A stretch of DNA of 64,000 nucleotides from an uncultured Acidobacteriota bacterium. Its GTDB lineage: Bacteria; Acidobacteriota; Thermoanaerobaculia; Gp7-AA8. The stretch covers positions 128,001 to 192,000 of the forward strand of contig CAVUKB010000007.1 in the NCBI GenBank assembly GCA_963741955.1. Reading direction: 5' to 3'. The notes beneath the pieces were generated by a model. That model did no database searches and was not told the origin of the DNA. It saw only the letters and a list, made by a program, of their open reading frames with translations. Numbering within the stretch: position 1 is the first letter of the stretch; each line of letters opens with the position of its first letter. Shown piece by piece: positions 20,409 through 30,051 of this stretch. Both the position numbers and the translations under genes were made by a program.

Positions 20409-21545
20409 ATGGTGAAACTCTTCGTACCGAAAGAGAACCCGCCCGAAACCCGTGTCGCCGTCGTTCCCGAAACCGTGAAGCGCCTGGTGAAGGAAGGGCT
20501 GGAGGTCACGGTCGAGAGCCACGCCGGGATGGCGTCCCACTTCTCCGATGCTCAATACGAGAAGGCCGGCGCGTCCATCGTCTCCGTTGCGGGCGACGGC
20601 TGGAAGAGCGCGGACGCGGTCGCCGCAGTTGCCGCACCCTCCCCCGATCTCGCCGGCTCCATGAAGGAGGGCGCCGTTCTGATCGCCTTCCTCGCGCCGC
20701 ATCGCGAGCACGATCTGGTCCGGCGGCTCGCCGCATCGAAGATCACCAGCTTCTCGATGGAACTGGTCCCGCGCATCACCCGAGCCCAGACCATGGATGC
20801 GCTCTCGTCTCAGGCCAGCATCGCCGGATACAAGGCCGTGCTCATCGCTGCCGGACGGCTCGGCAAGTACTTCCCGCTGCTCATGACCGCGGCCGGAACC
20901 ATTCCTCCCGCGAAAGTGGTGATCATGGGAGCGGGGGTGGCGGGTCTGCAGGCACTGGCGACCGCGAAACGTCTCGGCGCGGTGGTCGAAGTCTCCGACA
21001 TTCGTCCCGCAGTCAAAGAGCAGGTCGAATCGCTCGGAGGCCGCTTCATCGAGCTGCCGATGCAGGAAAGTGGTGAAGGGAGCGGCGGATACGCGCGCGA
21101 GATGGGCGAGGAGTTCCTCCGCCAGCAGCGTGAGATCGTCAAGCGCCACGTCGCAATCGCGGACGTCGTGATCACCACCGCGCAGATTCCTGGAAAGAAG
21201 GCTCCGGTCCTGGTGACTGCGGACATGGTCGACGGAATGCGTCCGGGGTCGATCGTCGTCGATCTCGCCGTCGAGTCGGGCGGAAACTGCGAGCTCTCGC
21301 AGCCGGATCGCGAAGTCGATCACAACGGAGTGACGATCCTCGGATTTTCGAACCTCGCTGCGACGATGGCAGAAGATGCGAGCATTCTCTACGCCCGGAA
21401 CGTACAGGCGCTCCTGCTGAACCTCCTCAAAGAGGGACGGCTCGAGATCGATCTCGAAGACGACGTCACCAAAGGGACGCTCCTCACCCACGGCGGTGAA
21501 GTGAAGCACGGGCCCACCGCGGAGATGCTCGGAGGAGGACACTGA
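20409..21545 (+). CDS. pntAA: NAD(P) transhydrogenase subunit alpha part 1 (domain I)
   Basis: ETRVAVVPE, RITRAQTMDALSSQ, GAGVAGL, VDLAVESGGNC. Confidence 0.96.
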   Translation: MVKLFVPKENPPETRVAVVPETVKRLVKEGLEVTVESHAGMASHFSDAQYEKAGASIVSVAGDGWKSADAVAAVAAPSPDLAGSMKEGAVLIAFLAPHREHDLVRRLAASKITSFSMELVPRITRAQTMDALSSQASIAGYKAVLIAAGRLGKYFPLLMTAAGTIPPAKVVIMGAGVAGLQALATAKRLGAVVEVSDIRPAVKEQVESLGGRFIELPMQESGEGSGGYAREMGEEFLRQQREIVKRHVAIADVVITTAQIPGKKAPVLVTADMVDGMRPGSIVVDLAVESGGNCELSQPDREVDHNGVTILGFSNLAATMAEDASILYARNVQALLLNLLKEGRLEIDLEDDVTKGTLLTHGGEVKHGPTAEMLGGGH

Positions 21546-21826
21546 TGGGACCGTTACTGATCGGAATCTACCTCTTCGTGCTGGCGATGTTCGTCGGCTT
21601 CGAAGTCATCACCAAAGTGCCCCCGACCCTCCACACCCCGCTCATGTCGGGCGCGAATGCAATCTCGGGAATCACCATCGTCGGATCCCTCGTCGCCGCA
21701 CACGGCGGGGCGGTGACCGTGAGCAATATTCTCGGATGCATCGCGATCGCGTTCGCGACCATCAATGTGGTCGGTGGCTATCTCGTGACTGACCGAATGC
21801 TGAAGATGTTCCGGCGGAAGGACTAA
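21545..21826 (+). CDS. pntAB: NAD(P) transhydrogenase subunit alpha part 2
   Basis: KVPPTLHTPLMSGANAISG, NVVGGYLVTDRML. Confidence 0.96.
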   Translation: MGPLLIGIYLFVLAMFVGFEVITKVPPTLHTPLMSGANAISGITIVGSLVAAHGGAVTVSNILGCIAIAFATINVVGGYLVTDRMLKMFRRKD

Positions 21827-23265
21827 TGCACCCGATCGTAAGCAGAAACATCATCGAGCTCCTCTATCTGATCTCCGCGGCTCTCTTCATCTTCGGACTG
21901 AAGGGTCTGACCAAGGTTCGCGATGCACGTCGCGGGAACGGGATCTCCGCCCTGGCGATGCTGATCGCGCTCGTCGCCACGCTGCTCGAGATCGGACTGG
22001 TCGACTACCGCTGGATCCTGATCGGGCTGGTGGTCGGAACCGCCATCGGAACCTGGGGCGCCCTGAAAGTCCAGATGACCGAGATGCCGGAGATGGTCGC
22101 GCTCTTCAACGGCTTCGGCGGAGGCGCGTCGGCGCTCGTCGCCATCTCCACGGTCTATCTCGACGTCCTCGAGCGCCACGTCCTCTCCACCGTCAATGCC
22201 GAGATCGGCGGGGCGTCCGCCTTCACCGTCGTTCTTTCGATCCTGGTCGGAGGAGTGACGCTCAGCGGAAGCGTGGTGGCGTACCTCAAGCTCCAGGGAC
22301 GCGTGCGCGGCGAACCGATTCTCCTTCCCGGCCGCCACGTGATGAACGCGATCCTCTTCCTCGCCGCGCTCGGCCTCGGGACCTACTTCGCGTTCACCAT
22401 CGTCGATCCGGGTCAGATCGCGCTCTATGCGTGGATCGTCCTCGGCGTCTCGCTGCTGCTCGGAGTGATGCTGGTCATCCCCATCGGCGGCGCAGACATG
22501 CCGGTGGTCATCTCCCTCCTCAACTCCTATTCGGGCATCGCTGCGGCGATGACCGGTTTCGTGATCAACAACGCGATGCTGATCGTCGCCGGTGCTCTGG
22601 TCGGTGCGTCGGGATTGATCCTGACCAAGATCATGTGCGTGGCGATGAACCGCTCACTGGTGAACGTGGTCTTCGGCGGATTCGGAGCGGTGACCGAGTC
22701 GACCGGTGGACCGGGCTCGGAGTACGGTCCGGTTCGTTCGGTCGGTCCCGAAGAGGCAGCGATGCTCCTCGACGGAGCGGAGAGCGTTCTGTTCGTGCCC
22801 GGCTACGGTCTCGCCGTTGCGCAGGCACAGCACGCGGTCAAGGAGATCGAAGACGTTCTGGAGCGTCACGGAGCGAAGGTCGCGTATGCGATCCACCCGG
22901 TCGCCGGACGCATGCCGGGACACATGAACGTCCTTCTGGCCGAGGCGAAAGTACCGTACGAACGTCTGCTGGAGATGGATGAGGCGAACGCGGAGTTCAA
23001 GAACGCGGACGTGGCGGTGGTGATCGGAGCGAACGACGTCGTGAATCCCGCGGCGGAGAAAGATCCGAAGAGCCCCATCGCCGGAATGCCGATTCTCCAG
23101 GTCTACAACGCGCGCTCGGTGATCGTGATCAAGCGCTCTCTCGGCGCCGGATTCGCGAACGTCAAGAACGAGCTCTTCGAGTATCCGAACACCATGATGC
23201 TCTTCATGGACGCGAAGAAGGCACTCCAGTCGATCCTCGCGGAGCTGAAGTCACTGGCCGCCTGA
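21826..23265 (+). CDS. pntB: NAD(P) transhydrogenase subunit beta
   Basis: GGADMPVVISLLNSYSG, PGYGLAVAQAQH, HPVAGRMPGHMNV. Confidence 0.97.
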   Translation: MHPIVSRNIIELLYLISAALFIFGLKGLTKVRDARRGNGISALAMLIALVATLLEIGLVDYRWILIGLVVGTAIGTWGALKVQMTEMPEMVALFNGFGGGASALVAISTVYLDVLERHVLSTVNAEIGGASAFTVVLSILVGGVTLSGSVVAYLKLQGRVRGEPILLPGRHVMNAILFLAALGLGTYFAFTIVDPGQIALYAWIVLGVSLLLGVMLVIPIGGADMPVVISLLNSYSGIAAAMTGFVINNAMLIVAGALVGASGLILTKIMCVAMNRSLVNVVFGGFGAVTESTGGPGSEYGPVRSVGPEEAAMLLDGAESVLFVPGYGLAVAQAQHAVKEIEDVLERHGAKVAYAIHPVAGRMPGHMNVLLAEAKVPYERLLEMDEANAEFKNADVAVVIGANDVVNPAAEKDPKSPIAGMPILQVYNARSVIVIKRSLGAGFANVKNELFEYPNTMMLFMDAKKALQSILAELKSLAA

Positions 23266-23306
23266 GCCAGCGCGGGGGCAGGTCTCGACAAGCCGCGAGC
23301 GGCCTT

Positions 23307-23675
23307 TCAGAACGGCATCTCGTCGTCTTCCAGCCCGAAGAAGTGTCCGATCTCGTGGATGACCGTATCGCGGATCTCGGCCACCGCTTCCTCTCGTGAG
23401 CTGCAGCAGCGGAGGATCGGACGGCGGAAGATCGCGATCTGATCGGGGAGCATCGGAAGCTCTTCGAACGAGCGTTCGGTGCGGGGAACGCCGCGGTAGA
23501 TGCCGAGGAGCTCTTCGTCGCCCATTCCGTCGCGGTCATCGCGTGATGGCTCCTCTTCGATGACCACCACGATGTTTTCGAGGAGGTCGCCGATCTCTTC
23601 GGGGAGCTCGTCCAGCGCCTCTTCCACGATCTTCTCGAACTCCGCGGGTGACGGTCGCCAGTCTCGCTTCTTCAT
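23307..23675 (-). CDS. Zincin-like minimal metallopeptidase (DUF1025/Zincin_1)
   Basis: LLGIYRGVP, PDQIAIFRRP, HEIGHFFG. Confidence 0.88.
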   Translation of the reverse strand: MKKRDWRPSPAEFEKIVEEALDELPEEIGDLLENIVVVIEEEPSRDDRDGMGDEELLGIYRGVPRTERSFEELPMLPDQIAIFRRPILRCCSSREEAVAEIRDTVIHEIGHFFGLEDDEMPF

Positions 23676-23849
23676 CTCCACAATGTAACGCCTGAGCGAG
23701 CGGGAGTGTGGACGATTGCGATCTCTGCCGGACGCGTGCCCTGACCCCGTGGCAGCGGCCTTGCTTTGTCACATCCCGCAGGAGCCGATCCATTTCGGAT
23801 CGGCGTAGCGTGAACCGCCGAAGGGCGGTCGTATGACAGGAGGTACACA

Positions 23850-24221
23850 GTGCAGAGAAGTCCGTTTCAACGTCTGATCCCGATGATTTTCGCCGTACTG
23901 GCAATGGTCGTGTCGGTGCCGCTCTTCGCCGGACCGGTTCCGTCGAAGACCGCTCCCGACCAGAGTATCGCGCAGCGATCCGCCGATCTGAACGTCGTCC
24001 ATGGCGTGCTCCAGATCGATGGTGTCACCCAGGCGCTCCAGAATCAGGGATTCACGAAGGATCAGGTCAACCAGAGGCTGGCGCAGCTCTCGGATCAGGA
24101 TCTCCACGAGCTGTCGGGCAACATCCAGCAGATTCAGGCCGCCGGTCTGACTCAGTCTGAATGGATGTGGATCGGAATCGGAGCCCTGGCCGCCCTTCTG
24201 CTGGTCGTTCTCCTGAACTAG
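23850..24221 (+). CDS. PA2779-like exported protein with a C-terminal membrane anchor
   Basis: Signal peptide, QVNQRLAQLSDQDL motif, QAAG then hydrophobic tail; SD aggagg; directly upstream of a PA2778-like peptidase. Confidence 0.75.
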   Translation: MQRSPFQRLIPMIFAVLAMVVSVPLFAGPVPSKTAPDQSIAQRSADLNVVHGVLQIDGVTQALQNQGFTKDQVNQRLAQLSDQDLHELSGNIQQIQAAGLTQSEWMWIGIGALAALLLVVLLN

Positions 24222-24287
24222 GAACCTTTCCTTTCGCCGAAACGGGCGCCGCAGCTGGGCGCCCGCATTCATAATGGGGGTCAGGTC

Positions 24288-25361
24288 TTGAAGTCAACCC
24301 ACAGGATCGCCACACTCGCGGTACTCGCAGCTTCGATCGTCGTCTCCGGCTGCGTCACTCTTCGCCCGGCCGGGCAACGCCCGTCGGCCGACGCTCGGGT
24401 GATCCAGTCGGTACCCGTTCGTACCTGGGGCGACAACACCTGCGGCGCCGCCGCTCTCGCCACCGTCCTCGATTTTTACGGCAGCAAGGCGACGGAGGAA
24501 GAGCTGATCCGGAGCCTCGACCGCGGACGTCATGGAGGGGTGGTCTCGGTCGATCTCCTTCTGGCCGCTCGCAAGAGGGGATTCGGCGCGGAGCTCGTCC
24601 GCGGAGATCGCACGCTGGTGACCGACGCGGTCGCGAAGCAGCAGCCGGTGATTCTGATGCTCCGGATTCTCGACGTTCCCGGAGCGGCGACCGATCTGTA
24701 CCACTACATCGTGGTCGACGGCGTCGATCCGTCACGAGGGCTGATCCGCACGCAGTTCGGCGACGGCCGCCTCCGGTGGATCGATTTCGACCGGATCGAG
24801 CGGGCGTGGAAAGGAGCGGGATACGCGACCATTCTGCTGGACCGCACGCCGCATGCTCCCCGCTCTTACCATGCGGAACTGAGAAAGGCCGTCGCACTCG
24901 AGGAGGCGGGAAATCCCGACGCGGCGATTCTCGTCTACCAGAGTCTTCTGGCCGAGCGTCCGCGCGACGCGCTTCTCTGGACGAATCTCGCGAATGCCCA
25001 GCGCGAAGCGCACGCTTCGACCGAGGCGGAGGAGGCGTACAGGCGCGCCCTGGCGATCGACCCCGCCGATCGCGACGCGCTGAACAATCTCGCGTGGCTC
25101 CTCTACGAGCAGAAGCGCTACGACGAGGCGGAGCCTCTGGCGAGGCTCGCGGCGACTCTTCCCGGTCCCGATCCGGACGTGATGTTCGACACCCTTGGGC
25201 ACATCCAGCTCGCGCGGGGCGACTGCCTCGGGGCGATCGGATCCTTCAGGGAGGCCGAAAAGACGAGCGGGAACACGGACGCCGCCGGCAGGTCGATCAA
25301 AGAGGCCGAACAGCTCTGCCGGGGTGGGCTCCGGACGGACGCGGCGCCGTCGCCGCAGTGA
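24288..25361 (+). CDS. PA2778-like C39-type cysteine peptidase lipoprotein with TPR repeats
   Basis: Lipobox VSGC; TCGAAALATVL (catalytic Cys), YHYIVVDG (His); TPR motifs LWTNLANA and ALNNLAWLL. Confidence 0.8.
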   Translation: MKSTHRIATLAVLAASIVVSGCVTLRPAGQRPSADARVIQSVPVRTWGDNTCGAAALATVLDFYGSKATEEELIRSLDRGRHGGVVSVDLLLAARKRGFGAELVRGDRTLVTDAVAKQQPVILMLRILDVPGAATDLYHYIVVDGVDPSRGLIRTQFGDGRLRWIDFDRIERAWKGAGYATILLDRTPHAPRSYHAELRKAVALEEAGNPDAAILVYQSLLAERPRDALLWTNLANAQREAHASTEAEEAYRRALAIDPADRDALNNLAWLLYEQKRYDEAEPLARLAATLPGPDPDVMFDTLGHIQLARGDCLGAIGSFREAEKTSGNTDAAGRSIKEAEQLCRGGLRTDAAPSPQ

Positions 25362-25396
25362 TCATTCCGTCTGTACCCGCGTCCGCGTAGTCTGGA

Positions 25397-26872
25397 TTAC
25401 GCGGCCCCCGCCTTCGCTGCATCGGACGGCAGCCACGACATGTCGAGACCGGCCCGGTTGAACGACGCGATGAGTCCCGCTTTGTCCACCGCTTTCGCGT
25501 ACGCCTCCTCCGGTTCGACGATCTTCTTCCGCACCAGATCCGTGAGGCTCTCGTTCATCAGGCACATCCCGTACTTCTTTCCGGTCTGCATCAGGGATGG
25601 GATCTGGAAGATCTTCGCTTCGCGGATCAGGTTCGAGATGGAAGGGATTCCGATCATGACTTCCAGTGCGGGAACGCGACCTCCCCCCTTCTTCTTGCAG
25701 AGAATCTGGCTGATCACCCCTTTCAGACTCTCCGCGAGCATCACCCGGATCTGATCCTGCCGGTCGGCGGGGAACTGGTCGATGATCCGATCGACCGTCG
25801 ATGCGGCGGACGACGTGTGGAGAGTTCCGAACACGAGGTGTCCGGTCTCGGCGGTCTCGATCGCGATGGCCACCGTTTCGAGATCGCGCATCTCACCGAC
25901 CAGGACGATGTCCGGATCCTCGCGAAGAGCGGCTCGCAGCGCGGTCTTGAACGATCCGGTGTGCTCGCCCACCTGTCGCTGGTTGATCAGGCACTGCTTG
26001 TTGTCGTGCACGAACTCGATCGGATCCTCGATGGTGATGATGTGATCGTTGCGGGTTCTGTTGATGTAGTCGATCAGTGCACAGAGCGTGGTCGACTTTC
26101 CCGATCCGGTCGGACCGGTCAGCAGCACGAGGCCCTTCGGCATCTGGGTGAGAGCGAGGATCTCCTTCGAGAGCCCCATCTCTTCCGCGGTCATGATCCT
26201 GCTCGGGATCACCCGGAAGACTCCTCCCATTCCTTTCCGGTCGAAGAAGAAGTTGCAGCGGAAACGGGCGAGACCGTCGATCTCGTACGCGAAGTCGGTG
26301 TCGTGCTCGGCCTCGAATTGCTCACGGTTCCGCACCGGGGCGATGGGGATCAGAATCCGGCGGGTATCGTCGGCCGAGAGGACACTCGAACCGGGGAGTG
26401 GTTTGATCTCGCCATCGTGCCGCACCAGGGGAGGCGACCCGACGCAGAGGTGGAGGTCCGACGCGCCCATCTCGACCATCTGCCGGAAGAGGGCATCCAT
26501 CTCCGCGGTCGCGGAGCCGCCGCGGGTCGCCGCGACACCCGGAGAAACGGGGGCTGCAGGCTGCGCGGTGGTGGCTTCCCCGATCGTCAGAGACGCCAGA
26601 GGAGCGCCGTCACGGATCTCGAGAACGACGCGAACCGGCCCGAGCTCGTTGTGACGGATCGACCACTCCGCGCGACCGCCGCTCAGCGCTTCACGCGCGG
26701 CGGGCGTGACGACGGGGCCGATCAACTGCTGAATTGTCGCCGGAGTCTGCTCGGGGCCCTGGACCTCCCTCTCGCCATTCGGGGTGACGATGATCAGCTT
26801 CCGGCCGGGGATCAGGCGAAGCTCGCGTCCTCCGGCCTTCGCCGTCTCCCGCAGCAGTATTTCGAGTGACAA
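25397..26872 (-). CDS. pilT: PilT/PilU-family type IV pilus retraction ATPase with N-terminal extension
   Basis: GASDLHL, TGPTGSGKSTT, TIEDPIE, ALREDPDIVLVGEMRD, GHLVFGTLH; TTG start with SD aaggagg. Confidence 0.9.
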   Translation of the reverse strand: MSLEILLRETAKAGGRELRLIPGRKLIIVTPNGEREVQGPEQTPATIQQLIGPVVTPAAREALSGGRAEWSIRHNELGPVRVVLEIRDGAPLASLTIGEATTAQPAAPVSPGVAATRGGSATAEMDALFRQMVEMGASDLHLCVGSPPLVRHDGEIKPLPGSSVLSADDTRRILIPIAPVRNREQFEAEHDTDFAYEIDGLARFRCNFFFDRKGMGGVFRVIPSRIMTAEEMGLSKEILALTQMPKGLVLLTGPTGSGKSTTLCALIDYINRTRNDHIITIEDPIEFVHDNKQCLINQRQVGEHTGSFKTALRAALREDPDIVLVGEMRDLETVAIAIETAETGHLVFGTLHTSSAASTVDRIIDQFPADRQDQIRVMLAESLKGVISQILCKKKGGGRVPALEVMIGIPSISNLIREAKIFQIPSLMQTGKKYGMCLMNESLTDLVRKKIVEPEEAYAKAVDKAGLIASFNRAGLDMSWLPSDAAKAGAA

Positions 26873-27349
26873 TCAGTCCTCCTTCGGATCCGAGATCTCG
26901 ATGATTCGTTTCTTTTGCACCAGGTGAAAACGGTCGCCACTCCAGACCGGAAGAAAAGGCTGGTCGGTCCGATTCACGAAATCGAGAGTGCGGCTCTGAC
27001 CGGGAGGCATGTCGATGCTCACCATCCCCTCGACTACCGCCGTCCCGCAGTCGACCCGTACCGGACGGAGGAGCCCGACCTGCTGAGGGAGTTCCAGACC
27101 TGCAGTCGCGGTCGTGGAAAAAGTGACCACGATGATCTGCCGTTTGTTGAGGATCAGCGCGCGCTCCGCCCCATCCGGAAGGAACGGGAAGAAGAGGTGC
27201 CCGTCATTGATCCACTCGTCCGGCCGGGTGGGACCATCGTGCCAGTGGGCGAGGGCCGGGAGGAAGATCGACCCGGAAAGATCTCTTCCCGCCGCATACG
27301 AGATCTGGACTGTCACTTCGACCGTCGGAACGCGGAGAGTCTCGTTCAT
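26873..27349 (-). CDS. DUF6812-like small beta-rich protein with two internal repeats
   Basis: Two similar halves ([19 protein letters not shown] / EGMVSI..PFLPV..LVQKKRI); SD ggagga before MNETL. Confidence 0.65.
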   Translation of the reverse strand: MNETLRVPTVEVTVQISYAAGRDLSGSIFLPALAHWHDGPTRPDEWINDGHLFFPFLPDGAERALILNKRQIIVVTFSTTATAGLELPQQVGLLRPVRVDCGTAVVEGMVSIDMPPGQSRTLDFVNRTDQPFLPVWSGDRFHLVQKKRIIEISDPKED

Positions 27350-27543
27350 GGGTTTCCTCCTCGAGAGAGTATCGGCTGCTGCATGTGACGCCGCAATCCT
27401 GCGTCCGGCAGCGCATGTCATCATGTTACGATGAACGGAGTCGCGCGCAACGTCGGAATTCGCCGGGCATCGGCGGTTGTTCGCGGCTGAACAGAAGCGT
27501 CCGTTCGGGTAGAACACGTCATTACGTCGTCAGGGAGGTCTCG

Positions 27544-28335
27544 ATGCAGACACGGCCTGCCGCGGGGGAGAGCATGCCGCGCCACACCGGAGCACCGCAG
27601 AACAGACATTCGAACTTCCTGCCGCTGCGGCTTCGAGCCGCCGTTCTATCCGCCGTCGTCGCCATGCTCGTGTTCCCGTTGATGGGAGCGAGTCTCAGAG
27701 GATCACGCCCGTCACTGAATCGTCAGAACGCAGCGGCGAACCGCAACGACTACTCGTACCTCCAGGACAACGCCGACGTTCTCCGCTTCGTGCGAGCGGG
27801 TCTTCTCGTGCCGGTGCACTCGACTCCGCATCTCGGAATGGCGGGCGTCTCGTATCCGTATGCCCGCCCAGAGGTCCGGCTCTTTCTCCAGCGACTGGCG
27901 ACGCAATACGACAATGCGTGTGGCGAGAAGCTGATCGTGACCAGCCTCACCCGCCCCGCCGACGACCAGCCGCGCAACGCTTCGCCTCTCTCTGTGCATC
28001 CGACCGGCATGGCGGTCGACATCAGGCGCAGCAATCGCCGCCGCTGCCGGAGCTGGATCGAGAGCACCCTTCTCTCGCTCGAGCGGAACGGCCTCCTCGA
28101 GGCGACCCGCGAGCATCACCCGCCGCATTATCACGTGGCCGTCTATCCGCAGCGCTATGCCGACTACGTCGAACGCCGGACGCACACCCTCCCGAGCCGG
28201 AGCTATACGGTCACCAGCGGCGATACGCTGTGGGAGATCGCACGGCGCGTCGGGTCGTCCGTTGCGGATCTGAAGCGTCTCAACGCACTGGATGACAACG
28301 AGATCAGGCCGGGCCAGGTGCTGAAAGTCCGCTGA
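27544..28335 (+). CDS. DUF5715 (M15-like peptidase fold) plus LysM peptidoglycan-binding protein
   Basis: [24 protein letters not shown]; C-terminal Lys[21 protein letters not shown]; SD ggagg. Confidence 0.8.
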   Translation: MQTRPAAGESMPRHTGAPQNRHSNFLPLRLRAAVLSAVVAMLVFPLMGASLRGSRPSLNRQNAAANRNDYSYLQDNADVLRFVRAGLLVPVHSTPHLGMAGVSYPYARPEVRLFLQRLATQYDNACGEKLIVTSLTRPADDQPRNASPLSVHPTGMAVDIRRSNRRRCRSWIESTLLSLERNGLLEATREHHPPHYHVAVYPQRYADYVERRTHTLPSRSYTVTSGDTLWEIARRVGSSVADLKRLNALDDNEIRPGQVLKVR

Positions 28336-28438
28336 GCGTTTCACGCCTTTCGCAGGTCCGCCTCCAACTGACGACGGAAGAGCGGATTCGTTTCGCCCTC
28401 GCCGCGTCCGCTGCACCCTCGCCGCCTTCGCTCATCCT

Positions 28439-28466
28439 CCCGCAACCCGCAACCCGCAACCCGCAA
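28439..28466. repeat. Heptamer tandem repeat (CCCGCAA)x4
   Basis: Read directly from the sequence. Confidence 0.85.
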
Positions 28467-28524
28467 CGTCCCACGCCTTCTTCTTCTGATAGCATGCGCC
28501 TCAAATACACGCTATGGAGGAAGA

Positions 28525-30051
28525 ATGCGACAGCTCACACGCTACTTTCTGCTCGCGGCACTGGCTCTCGGTCTCGCGGGCACGGTGCTGGCGCAGGACC
28601 TCGCCTCGTTCGAGAAACGGATCACGCTGAAAAAGCTCGACAACGGGCTCACCGTCATCATTCTCGACAGGCCCGAGGCGCCTGTCTTTTCGTTTTTCAC
28701 CCACGTGAACGCCGGAGCGGCCCAGGAAAAACTCGGGATCACCGGACTCGCTCACATGGGTGAGCACATGGCATTCAAGGGCTCCGAGAACATCGGAACC
28801 ACTGATTATCCCGCGGAGAAGAAAGCTCTGGCGAGGGTCGAAGAGGCCTACCAGGCATATGACCGCGCGCGGCGTGCGCAGAATCCCGACGCCGCGAAAG
28901 TCGCGCAGCTCGACAAGGAGTGGAAGGCCGCCATCGACGCGGCGCAGAAATACGTCGTTCCGAACGAATTCGCCAAGATCGTCGATCGGGCCGGCGGCGT
29001 CGGAATGAACGCCTTCACCAACTCTGACGAGACCGGGTACTTCTACTCGCTCCCGTCGAATCAGGTCGAGCTCTGGGCCTACCTCGAATCCGAACGCTTC
29101 CTCCATCCGGTGATGCGCGAGTTCTACAAGGAGCGCGACGTCGTCACGGAAGAGCGCCGGATGCGCACGGAGAGTCAGCCCATCGGACGCCTGATCGAGC
29201 AGTTCCTCGGCGTCGCGTTCATCGCCCATCCCTACGGACGACCGGTGGTCGGATTCAGCTCCGATCTTCACGCGTTCTCGGCGACCGATGCGAAGGCTTT
29301 CTTCGACGAGTATTACGTGCCGGCCAACATGGTCGTCGCGCTGGTCGGAGACGTGAAGGCAGCGGACGTGATGCCAGTCATCACGAAGTACTTCGGCCGG
29401 CTCCCGGACAAGGAGGCGCCGGCGCCCCTTCGCACCGTCGAGCCGAAGCAGACTGCCGAGCGCGAAGTGTTTCTCACCGAAAAGACGCAGCCGTTCTACG
29501 TCGAGGGATACCACAAGGGAAGTGCGACCAGCCCTGATGCGGCGGTTTACACCGTGATTCAGGACCTGATGTCGAACGGACGCACCTCGCGCCTCTACCG
29601 CTCGCTGGTTCGCGACAAGAAAATCGCGGCAGTGGCGGCAGGCTTCTCCGGATTCCCCGGAGAGAAGTATCCGAACCTGTTCGCCTTCTTCGCCGTTCCG
29701 ACGCCGGGACATGCGCCCGAGGAGATGGGGAAGGCGATTCACGAAGAGATCGAGCGGTTGAAGACGGAAGACGTTCCGGCCGACGAGTTGCAGGCGGTGA
29801 AGACCCGAGCGAAAGCGAACCTGATCCGGCAGCTCGACAGCAACCAGGGACTCGCGATCCAGCTCGCGACGGCGCAAGCGCTCTACGGCGACTGGCGCGA
29901 GCTGTTCCGCCAGGTCGACCAGATCGACGCAGTGACGGCGCAGGACATCCGCCGCGTGGCGAGCGATGTCTTCGTTCCATCCAACCGGACGGTCGGGGAG
30001 ATCCAGTCGACGCAGATGGCCGGCGCACCGGCGAAGGGAGGCAGTGAATGA
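28525..30051 (+). CDS. Exported M16 (pitrilysin-family) zinc peptidase, catalytic subunit
   Basis: TGLAHMGEHMAFKG (HxxEH), NAFT, VVTEERRMR; signal peptide. Confidence 0.92.
   Translation: MRQLTRYFLLAALALGLAGTVLAQDLASFEKRITLKKLDNGLTVIILDRPEAPVFSFFTHVNAGAAQEKLGITGLAHMGEHMAFKGSENIGTTDYPAEKKALARVEEAYQAYDRARRAQNPDAAKVAQLDKEWKAAIDAAQKYVVPNEFAKIVDRAGGVGMNAFTNSDETGYFYSLPSNQVELWAYLESERFLHPVMREFYKERDVVTEERRMRTESQPIGRLIEQFLGVAFIAHPYGRPVVGFSSDLHAFSATDAKAFFDEYYVPANMVVALVGDVKAADVMPVITKYFGRLPDKEAPAPLRTVEPKQTAEREVFLTEKTQPFYVEGYHKGSATSPDAAVYTVIQDLMSNGRTSRLYRSLVRDKKIAAVAAGFSGFPGEKYPNLFAFFAVPTPGHAPEEMGKAIHEEIERLKTEDVPADELQAVKTRAKANLIRQLDSNQGLAIQLATAQALYGDWRELFRQVDQIDAVTAQDIRRVASDVFVPSNRTVGEIQSTQMAGAPAKGGSE

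Noticed and set aside
26870-26875. In-frame TGA between the DUF6812-like gene and pilT, a possible second Sec/readthrough fusion
   Set aside because: A strong SD (aaggagg) lies 5 nt before the TTG, there is no redox-motif context and no convincing SECIS hairpin; ordinary translational coupling explains it.
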